Assembly: GCA_019233975.1 (NCBI GenBank)
Contig: JAFALY010000038.1
Span: 21,638 to 85,637 of the forward strand
From: Alphaproteobacteria bacterium
Lineage (GTDB): Bacteria; Pseudomonadota; Alphaproteobacteria; UBA9219
Length of the DNA stretch: 64,000 nt
Reading direction: 5' to 3'
Positions 57,056 to 64,000 of the stretch are shown in pieces. How positions within the stretch are numbered: the stretch's first letter is position 1; every line of letters starts with the position of its first letter. The notes under the pieces were generated by a model. It made no database searches. It was not told where the DNA came from and saw only the letters and a list, made by a program, of their open reading frames with translations. A program made the position numbers and the translations under genes.

Positions 57056-57832
57056 CGGGAAGCTCGCTTCGTTGATCGATGCCTGCGCATCGAATTGTTG
57101 CATGAGCGCCAAGATTTCTGCACTCGCCTTGCGCAGAGCGTCCTGATCTGTCCCACGTGAAACCAAAGCTGTTCCATGCCGGGCGCTACGCACCCAAGGA
57201 TAGGACCCGATATCAAGCATACCATAACGCCGCGCGATGTCTTCCAGAGCCGCCGCCACCAGACTTTCAGCGACAAAGCCGGATACGCTGACGCTATGTA
57301 TCTTCGGCCCATGTTTCAGACCCGCCACAACGTTATCCAGCATGGCACGCATAATGTTTGGCACACCTGCCATGACATAAACATTTTCAACACAGAACCC
57401 CGGTGCGGCACTAACAGGATTATCAATCAGCTCCGCTCCAACGGGGGTGCGTGCCATGCGCAGCCGTGCAGGCGTCAAATTCTCAGCGCCATAGCTGCGC
57501 AATAACCTGTCACGTGCGGCTGGGTTTTCAGCAACGGCAAGCCCGAAAGCTGCGCCAATGCTGTCGGCGGTGATATCATCATGGGTGGGACCAATACCAC
57601 CCGTTGTCAGCACATAGGTATAACGCTGCCTCAGCGTGTTGACGGCATTCACAATCTCTTCCTGAATATCGGGCACGACGCGCGCTTCACTCAACCGTAC
57701 ACCGATTTCCGCCAGTTTGATGGCAATAGCGTTCAGGTTCACGTCCTGTGTGCGTCCTGACAAAATCTCGTTACCGATAATAAGGACAGCGGCTGTCGGG
57801 GTTTGCACGTTATCAGTGTTGGAACTGGACAT
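57050..57832 (-). CDS. CinA-like / MoaB-MogA-type molybdopterin-binding domain protein
   Basis: 260 aa with AAVLIIGNEILSGRTQDVNLNAIA.. and TTGGIGPTHDDIT. Confidence 0.75.
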   Translation of the reverse strand: MSSSNTDNVQTPTAAVLIIGNEILSGRTQDVNLNAIAIKLAEIGVRLSEARVVPDIQEEIVNAVNTLRQRYTYVLTTGGIGPTHDDITADSIGAAFGLAVAENPAARDRLLRSYGAENLTPARLRMARTPVGAELIDNPVSAAPGFCVENVYVMAGVPNIMRAMLDNVVAGLKHGPKIHSVSVSGFVAESLVAAALEDIARRYGMLDIGSYPWVRSARHGTALVSRGTDQDALRKASAEILALMQQFDAQASINEASFPL

Positions 57833-57858
57833 AAAGGCTCCCTAGACGGATCAAACCG

Positions 57859-58365
57859 TCACAACATGCGCTGAGCCACGTTTTGAATCAAGACATCCAA
57901 GACGCCGGAGCCTATCGCATCATTCAAGGCAGTCAGGGCTTTGCTTTTAATGCGTGTTACATCAACCAACTTGCCGTTTCGGAGCGAACCGTTGCCCAAA
58001 CCACCATAGAGCGCACGCATCAGGGAGTCTCTGACTTTTGGCATGTTGGTGTGGATGTTATCCGCCACGTCAAAGTCTTTAACTTCCACGTCGATCTGAA
58101 CTGTGACCAATTGCTCAACACCACTGTCGGCAATAACAGGCAATACGATCGGCGCCAAGTGGACGTAGACGGGGTCGCCCTTAAAACGACCGCCCGAGAC
58201 ATCTTCGTCGCCGCCTTTTTTCTTGGCCCCTGACTCGCCGCCACCTTCACCGCTTGTCGCCTGTTTTTTCCCGCCACCCTCTTCTTCTGCCGCGAGCACA
58301 AGCGCAGGCAGGCATAGGCTGCCGATAATAATGGCGAGTAACAGATAAAAGCGGCGACAGGACAT
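57859..58365 (-). CDS. FliL-like protein (flagellar basal-body-associated protein family), orphan
   Basis: 168 aa with an N-terminal TM, a Gly/Glu/Lys-rich linker and a C-terminal region PVYVHLAPIVLPVI..LVTVQIDVEV..M.KVRDSLMRAL, ending VLIQNVAQRML, which resembles FliL. Confidence 0.45.
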   Translation of the reverse strand: MSCRRFYLLLAIIIGSLCLPALVLAAEEEGGGKKQATSGEGGGESGAKKKGGDEDVSGGRFKGDPVYVHLAPIVLPVIADSGVEQLVTVQIDVEVKDFDVADNIHTNMPKVRDSLMRALYGGLGNGSLRNGKLVDVTRIKSKALTALNDAIGSGVLDVLIQNVAQRML

Positions 58366-58424
58366 GCGAAAACCCTTGGCTATCCTCTGAGCCTAGAACC
58401 AATGGTTTGACAACTTGTTAAGAT

Positions 58425-58889
58425 CTAAGCGCGCAGTGTCTTGCCGACACGGTCCAAGACCGCATTCACAAGGCCGGGTTCACGCGCATTAAAATAGGCA
58501 TGCGCCACATCGACATAGTCGTTGATGACAACCCCGGTCGGCACAAAGGAATGGTCGCGCAGTTCAAAAATACCGGCCCGCAAGATGGCTTTCAGAAGCG
58601 TTTCGACGCGTTCAGCGGTTACTTTGGCGTCAACGGCCCCGGCGATCATCCCGTCGATGTCAGCAAGGTTGTCATGGGTACCCTGCGCTACCTGTACAAA
58701 CAGGTCACGATCCACGGACACAGCCAAACCACCCTCGTCCTGATCTTGCAGCAACACTTTAGGGTCAGCCAAAAAATCTTTGATAATCAATTGAATGGGG
58801 CGTTGCGTTAATTCAGTTTGATAGAGCGCCTGCACGGCCGCCAACCGCGCTAGACGCTTCGCATTATAATCTTGTCCTGACTTAGCCAT
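58425..58889 (-). CDS. nusB: transcription antitermination factor NusB
   Basis: 154 aa, RLARLAAVQALYQTEL. Confidence 0.9.
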   Translation of the reverse strand: MAKSGQDYNAKRLARLAAVQALYQTELTQRPIQLIIKDFLADPKVLLQDQDEGGLAVSVDRDLFVQVAQGTHDNLADIDGMIAGAVDAKVTAERVETLLKAILRAGIFELRDHSFVPTGVVINDYVDVAHAYFNAREPGLVNAVLDRVGKTLRA

Positions 58890-58897
58890 CTTATCCC

Positions 58898-59416
58898 TTA
58901 TCTGGCAATCCAGCGCTTTTTAGGAAGCAACCTGAATTGCTGTTTGATCTCAATCATGCGCAGGCAGGCTTCCGCCGCCTCGCCCGAACGGTTCAGTTTT
59001 GTCTTGTCCGCACGCTCCAACGCCTGATCTTTATTGTCACAGGTTAAAATGCCGTTACCAATGGCCAAGGCATAGCGCATGGACAATTCCTGCAAGCCGC
59101 GCGCACTTTCCGTGGCGACAATCTGGTCATGCATCGTGCCACCCTTGATGACGGCGCCAAGCGCAACATAACCGTCATAACGGCGACGCACAGCGTCATA
59201 ATCCAAAGCCTTCAGCGCGTATACAATCGCGGCCGGAATCTCCAATGCCCCGGGCACAGTCAAAACCTCATAGGACGCCCCTGCCCGGTCCAGTACCGTC
59301 TTGGCGCCATCCAGTTGAAGATTAGCGAGATCATCGTAATACCGCGCTTCAACGATCAGAATATGCGGCTTGACTTCAAAGTTGAAACTGGCCGGCTGTT
59401 GGCGTTCGCTCTGCAT
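58898..59416 (-). CDS. ribH: 6,7-dimethyl-8-ribityllumazine synthase
   Basis: 172 aa, ILIVEARYYDDLANLQLDGA..VPGALEIP. Confidence 0.9.
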   Translation of the reverse strand: MQSERQQPASFNFEVKPHILIVEARYYDDLANLQLDGAKTVLDRAGASYEVLTVPGALEIPAAIVYALKALDYDAVRRRYDGYVALGAVIKGGTMHDQIVATESARGLQELSMRYALAIGNGILTCDNKDQALERADKTKLNRSGEAAEACLRMIEIKQQFRLLPKKRWIAR

Positions 59417-59487
59417 CCCTTAACCCCTTTTTGATCCCTGATTTACGCGCCGATAATGGCAAGATTGATGCCTACGTACAATAATGA

Positions 59488-60096
59488 TTATTGGCCCTGA
59501 AACGCTTTTTCTACGGTCATCATACGGCGCACATAACGGGCGACCATATCAACCTCCAAATTAACTTTATCCCCCACCCGCAAGGCATTAAGCGTTGTAT
59601 GGGTTAGGGTATGCGGGATAAGACACACACCGAAACGCAACCCATCGACTTCGTTGACCGTCAGGGAAACCCCTTCAAGCGCCACGGACCCCTTGGAAGC
59701 GATAAAGGAGGCAAACCGGTCCGGCACCTCGAAAACAAAGCGCTGGCTGTCGCCGTCCGCTTTACGTGACACAACCGTCGCCAGCCCGTCCACATGCCCT
59801 GAGACGTAGTGACCACCCAGCTCATCCCCCGCCCGCAGGGCAGGTTCCAGATTAATGCGTGCGCCCACTTGCCAGAACTGCGCCGTCGTCAGGCCCACAG
59901 TCTCGGCGGACATCTGCACCGTAAAGCTATCCACTGTTTTACGGATGACGGTCAGGCAGACGCCGTTACAGGCAATCGAGGCGCCAATAGGCGTCGCGGC
60001 CAGCGAAAAACCGTTTACACGGACGGTCATCACCCAGTCGCCTTGCTTGTCGAGCGAGGTAACCTCGCCCACATCCTGAATAATACCGGTGAACAT
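59488..60096 (-). CDS. ribE: riboflavin synthase alpha chain
   Basis: 202 aa with MFTGIIQDVGEV and two lumazine-binding repeats. Confidence 0.9.
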   Translation of the reverse strand: MFTGIIQDVGEVTSLDKQGDWVMTVRVNGFSLAATPIGASIACNGVCLTVIRKTVDSFTVQMSAETVGLTTAQFWQVGARINLEPALRAGDELGGHYVSGHVDGLATVVSRKADGDSQRFVFEVPDRFASFIASKGSVALEGVSLTVNEVDGLRFGVCLIPHTLTHTTLNALRVGDKVNLEVDMVARYVRRMMTVEKAFQGQ

Positions 60097-60105
60097 AAAG
60101 GCGCC

Positions 60106-60564
60106 CTAGTTTGTTTCTTTTTTCAGGGTGTCGACGAATTCTTCAAAATCGCCCGGCGACCGGAAGTCGCGATAAACCGAAGCATAGCGCACATACGCCA
60201 CATGGTCTGCGGCGCGCAGCGCCTGCATGACATGTTCGCCGATGATGCTGGTGGTAATTTCGTTTTCGCCCAAGGCTTCCAACTGACGTACGATGCTGCT
60301 GACCATCTGCTCCAGCCTTTCATCGTCGACGGGCCGCTTATTTAACGCGATCTTCATCGAACGTACCAGCTTTTCCCGCTCGAACGGTTCACGCAGGCCG
60401 TTGGTTTTGGCAACCACCAGTTCGCGCAACTGCGCACGCTCGAAGGTTGTGAAGCGCGCGCCGCAATGCCCGCACACCCTGCGGCGGCGAATGGCGGCGT
60501 TATCTTCGGCCGGGCGGCTGTCTTTGACCTGTGTATCTTCATGTCCGCAAAAGGGGCAGCGCAT
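60106..60564 (-). CDS. nrdR: transcriptional repressor NrdR
   Basis: 152 aa with [34 protein letters not shown], a zinc ribbon and an ATP-cone. Confidence 0.95.
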   Translation of the reverse strand: MRCPFCGHEDTQVKDSRPAEDNAAIRRRRVCGHCGARFTTFERAQLRELVVAKTNGLREPFEREKLVRSMKIALNKRPVDDERLEQMVSSIVRQLEALGENEITTSIIGEHVMQALRAADHVAYVRYASVYRDFRSPGDFEEFVDTLKKETN

Positions 60565-60614
60565 GTCACAATCTCCTCAACACACCACTTTCTATAGCAC
60601 CAAGCGGTAGCTTC

Positions 60615-60630
60615 CTACAATATATAGTGT
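60615..60630. promoter_or_regulatory. NrdR box (CTACAATATATAGTGT) upstream of nrdR
   Basis: 14 of 16 positions match the consensus acaCwAtATaTwGtgt. It is palindromic and lies 50-65 bp upstream of the nrdR start. Confidence 0.5.
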
Positions 60631-60711
60631 CTACAACGGGTTGATAGCGCAAATCAGGGCTACACAAGCCGCTGCGCCTATGTTACAAGCTTGGCCCTGC
60701 TTTGGCCGTTT

Positions 60712-60785
60712 GGGGGATCGTCTAACGGTAGGACAACAGATTCTGACTCTGTTTATCGTGGTTCGAGTCCACGTCCCCCAGCCAA
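60712..60785 (+). tRNA. tRNA-Gln (anticodon CUG)
   Basis: A cloverleaf read by eye: acceptor TGGGGGA/TCCCCCA, an anticodon stem ACAGA/TCTGT with loop TTCTGAC, a T arm CGTGG-TTCGAGT-CCACG, discriminator G and an encoded CCA. The ends match E. coli tRNA-Gln (UGGGG...CCCCAGCCA). Confidence 0.9.
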
Positions 60786-61042
60786 ACAGTTTACCTGCCA
60801 GAGAACAGTCCGGCTTCACCCCCTATTTCGCCCGCATTTTTGCGTGTTTTCAAGAGATGCCCGTTCTCTGGTTACCCATCTGGGGCCCCATAATGACCAC
60901 GTATTGCCACAAATTCTCCGGCCCTAATTTTCCAGTCCGGAGCGGTGAACGATCATTTGAGGCAATGGCCTTGCGTGTTGTCGTTGTTATCGATGGAACA
61001 CTTGTTCTTACTTTGAAAAGCCCGCTCTGTTTCTGGATCTAA

Positions 61043-62524
61043 TCATTCACTCTCTCCTGTGTTGTTGAGCGACAAGCTTGGAATCTTGCCCCTTTCACGA
61101 TGTCTATAAAGGGAACACATTTCCTCTAGAATTTTGGTCAAAATTGAATGCGATCTGCCTATGTTCACCTGAGAATACCATTCCACTGCATAGGCAAACA
61201 ACGCGGAATGCATCGCGTCTGGTAAACCTTGCCAAGGAGTACCCAGCGGGACAGGGAGGTTCGGCAACATTAGTCGCGAAGCACCGGCTGCAGTTGCTTC
61301 ACAAGTAGTGTATAGGGATCGCCCCGTCAGGGTTGCAAGTGCGTCACAGAATAGTGCGTTTTTGGAGAATGGGCCATCAATGACCGTCTCGCCAGATGCA
61401 TCGAGAAGACCGAGGCAAACGTTTGACATGAGTGCTAGATAAAGGCTAGCGGCAACACATTTTTCGCGTGGTGTCAATGTTTCCGGCAACACATTCCAAG
61501 ATCCCAACATGCTTGGAAAGGGACCACTCCCTGGCGCGAAACTAGGAAACACCATCAAGCGCCGATCCATCACTGCCAAGATTTCATCCGGTGAGGCCGT
61601 GATCATTGTTCCATTCGTAAGGACGTCAAACTCGCGCCCACCCATAAAACGAGATGAGGGAATTGGTAGCCCAAAAACATTAACGTTGGCGAATGTGCCG
61701 AGCTCTTCGTCTAGGTTGACGAGCGAACCACCAATGGAGAACAAAATCGCCCAAGTGCCACTCGAAACGATGCTTTTCGGCAATTGAGATGAGAGGTAAG
61801 GCAACAAAGATGCATTAGAATCATGAATGCCGCAAAAAATCGATGGTGGCACCTTTAATCCTAGATACCGTGCAAGATCGGGATACATTAGGCCGAGTAC
61901 ATCGTCTGCCTTTCGGATCGGTGCCATAAGATGGCTCCAACCAGCCCGAGCTACAAGCCCTGAAAATCTTCGATGCGCTGGCATCCACAAATCAGTGTGA
62001 CAGCCTAAAGAAGTGAATTCCGTTGCGACCGTCCCACAAAGTTTAAATGCCCAGTATTGCGGATATGTCACAAAAGTGCTTGCCGTATTAAATTGCTCCG
62101 GAAATCGACATTGTTGCCAGAATAGCTGCGCACCCAAATTTTGCCCTTCAGGAAGTCGAGGCGACATGGTTTCGTAGAAGGGTGGACGCAGTTTTGCGTA
62201 AGCCTCAGCAGTTTCATTAATGCCATCAAATTCGTAATCGAGCACCGGCAGTGCCAGAGCTTCACCCGCCAGCAAGGCACCAGAATTGCTATGAGTGGTG
62301 ACGGCAATACCGTCGACGAAACCGTTTCTCGATCGCCCCACATCTGCCAGACCATCAAGTAGAAATTTTTCTATTGCTTCAACATCAGCATGAGGGTAAG
62401 CGCCGTCCAAGCGCGTTGCATTAGGGCATGATCGACTCCACACCTCTGCGCCGTCCATTGCATCAAAAGCGACTAGCTTGATATTGGTCTTACCAATATC
62501 GAGAACAACAACTGTGCCGCTCAT
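61043..62524 (-). CDS. FGGY-family carbohydrate kinase (rhamnulokinase/xylulokinase-like)
   Basis: About 494 aa starting at MSGTVVVLDIGKTNIKLVAFD (the ATG at 62524), with two actin-like ATPase halves and the FGGY family N-terminal motif. The region is low-GC. Confidence 0.7.
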   Translation of the reverse strand: MSGTVVVLDIGKTNIKLVAFDAMDGAEVWSRSCPNATRLDGAYPHADVEAIEKFLLDGLADVGRSRNGFVDGIAVTTHSNSGALLAGEALALPVLDYEFDGINETAEAYAKLRPPFYETMSPRLPEGQNLGAQLFWQQCRFPEQFNTASTFVTYPQYWAFKLCGTVATEFTSLGCHTDLWMPAHRRFSGLVARAGWSHLMAPIRKADDVLGLMYPDLARYLGLKVPPSIFCGIHDSNASLLPYLSSQLPKSIVSSGTWAILFSIGGSLVNLDEELGTFANVNVFGLPIPSSRFMGGREFDVLTNGTMITASPDEILAVMDRRLMVFPSFAPGSGPFPSMLGSWNVLPETLTPREKCVAASLYLALMSNVCLGLLDASGETVIDGPFSKNALFCDALATLTGRSLYTTCEATAAGASRLMLPNLPVPLGTPWQGLPDAMHSALFAYAVEWYSQVNIGRSHSILTKILEEMCSLYRHRERGKIPSLSLNNTGESE

Positions 62525-62742
62525 GGTATCTGAAAAACTTGGCAAATCACCTACGTCATCTCCTTTGGCTGGCAGACCATATGTTTCCATCGAACAAAAT
62601 CAGAACCAAATTTTGGCATAGAATGACCGGATTAGTAATTCTCGATGAGAATTTTTTGGATGCGTCCGCGTACTAAAACACGTATGTCGTAAAAATATCT
62701 ACGCAACACCGCCCTGTATGTTTTTTGGTAATATTCGTACTT

Positions 62743-63471
62743 TTATTTGCCCTTGTAAAATTCAGGAAATGGGCCAAAGGTATTAAGCATAGACGAGAGA
62801 TGAATCTCGCGCACTTCGACATTCAAAGGCATCGCAAATAAAGTCTCAACAACACTTGATACTTCATCTATTGTCAGGCTGCCTGGTCTGTCACCAGGTT
62901 TCTTTCCACGAAAAAATGTATCAACGCCACCCATCACCAGATTTGTAATTCTGATGCCGTTGGCCCTCTTTTCCCGTCTTACAGTTTCAATTAGTCCGCT
63001 CAACCCCCATTTTGAAGCGCAATAACCACTCTGGTTCTCAAACGCAAAAATAGCAGACTGGGAGCCCATACCGATAATCTGACTGAATGGACATTTTTCC
63101 AATAATGGTAGAGCCACCTTCAAAGTAAAAAATGCTCCATCCAGATTGGTTGCTATCGTGGTTCGCCAATCATCATCAGAGAAATTCAGAATATTGCCGA
63201 ACGTAGCGGCACCGGCATTAAGAATACAGCCACGTAAGCTCTCAATTCCATCAAGTGTGGCTGTTCCGGCAGTAGTAACTGAATTTGAATTAGATACATC
63301 AACTGTAGCTACTCTGATTTGAGCTCCCAGGGAACGATAGTCATCCGCAAGCTCATTCAAATCCGATTCCGTTCTGGACCATAAAATCAGACCAAATCCT
63401 TTGCGTGCTAATTTTCTAGCAATACCAGATCCGATGCCACGGCTCGCGCCGGTGATGAGAACCCATTCCAT
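62743..63471 (-). CDS. short-chain dehydrogenase/reductase (SDR)
   Basis: 242 aa with TGASRGIGSGIA (a Rossmann TGxxxGIG) and catalytic YCASK. Confidence 0.85.
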   Translation of the reverse strand: MEWVLITGASRGIGSGIARKLARKGFGLILWSRTESDLNELADDYRSLGAQIRVATVDVSNSNSVTTAGTATLDGIESLRGCILNAGAATFGNILNFSDDDWRTTIATNLDGAFFTLKVALPLLEKCPFSQIIGMGSQSAIFAFENQSGYCASKWGLSGLIETVRREKRANGIRITNLVMGGVDTFFRGKKPGDRPGSLTIDEVSSVVETLFAMPLNVEVREIHLSSMLNTFGPFPEFYKGK

Positions 63472-63617
63472 CGATGCTTATCCCTCAATGATTGCAGATT
63501 TTGTATTCAAGGTACGATGTTTTGTGTGCATACACGTCCATAGGTTAACGTTGTCTGCACTGCAAAAAATTGCCTGGACTTGAGGGCAATTTCGTGCCGA
63601 ACATCGCTCCACTGTAA

Positions 63618-64000
63618 TCACAAGATCTCCTCTGCACAATGCAAGCTTGTCTGTGGCCAGAGTTCCATCTTAGCAGCGACAGGGGCCACAAGATCAGGAG
63701 CAATATCCCTAAGAAGATGGAAAGCTATTTCTACGCCCTTTAAGCCATCCCCAGGAGCAAACCCCCCGGAGGAAACCAGCCACTTGTCACGGATCACTCC
63801 CGCCCCAAGTCTGCAGCCTGATGCTGCGAGGAGGTGCGCTTTCTGACCGTGGCATGCGACAAGGAGGCCATCTAGCAGATGAAGATCTCTCAAAATAAGC
63901 ACGCCAGAGCATACGGTATAGAATGGGACACTGGCGTTTTTGGCGCTTAACAAAAAGTTTGAAAGGTTGGTATCTTGTACCGCAGCTGACGCACCTCTAC
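63618..64000 (-). CDS. DJ-1/PfpI-family protein (partial, 5' end beyond the window)
   Basis: The C-terminal region ..TVCSGVLIL..DKWLVSSGGFAPGDGLKGVEIAFHLLRDIAPDLVAPVAAKMEL parallels the DJ-1 C-terminus ([24 protein letters not shown]..). The ORF may extend upstream of the M at 63953. Confidence 0.4.
   Translation of the reverse strand, partial: RGASAAVQDTNLSNFLLSAKNASVPFYTVCSGVLILRDLHLLDGLLVACHGQKAHLLAASGCRLGAGVIRDKWLVSSGGFAPGDGLKGVEIAFHLLRDIAPDLVAPVAAKMELWPQTSLHCAEEIL

Overview
This window reads as a high-GC (about 55-58% by eye) alphaproteobacterial core chromosome segment, based on PdhB carrying an N-terminal lipoyl domain, the eno-ftsB-pdh arrangement and the NDUFA12-MlaD-DUF2155 cluster. 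It is densely packed with housekeeping operons: hpf-ptsN; nagB-sucD-sucC-(CADD-like)-mdh; atpGDC; guaA; the lipA-lpd-pdhCBA-ftsB-eno supercluster; ribDA; pyrG-secG; degP; prfB (with its programmed +1 frameshift site); mrcA; rne; a BepA-like M48 protease; dsbA; accBC-aat; rplU-rpmA-obg; and nrdR-ribE-ribH-nusB. An 18-kb run from eno to atpC is entirely on the minus strand. The window ends at a tRNA-Gln(CUG) after which composition drops sharply to about 43-45% GC by eye, across an FGGY sugar kinase, an SDR and a partial DJ-1/PfpI gene, so this looks like a tRNA-associated island.

No CRISPR array, transposase or integrase is visible. The most unusual content lies in seven places:
- An NrdR-box-preceded, highly divergent class II ribonucleotide-reductase-like ORF with no recognisable NPCGE or C-terminal Cys-pair motifs.
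- A translationally coupled SapC / family-5 SBP / large polytopic (GT-C-like) membrane protein triad with no ABC permease or ATPase.
- Orphan LivH-LivM permeases fused into an operon with a 2Fe-2S ferredoxin, a secreted protein and a DMT transporter, sitting directly upstream of an atpGDC operon that lacks atpH and atpA.
- A CADD-family di-iron protein inside the TCA cluster.
- A lysine-less lipoyl/biotinyl-like mini-protein wedged between pdhA and pdhB.
- A small membrane protein plus a GNAT acetyltransferase inserted between pdhC and lpd.
- An OMF-MFS efflux pair with no membrane fusion protein.
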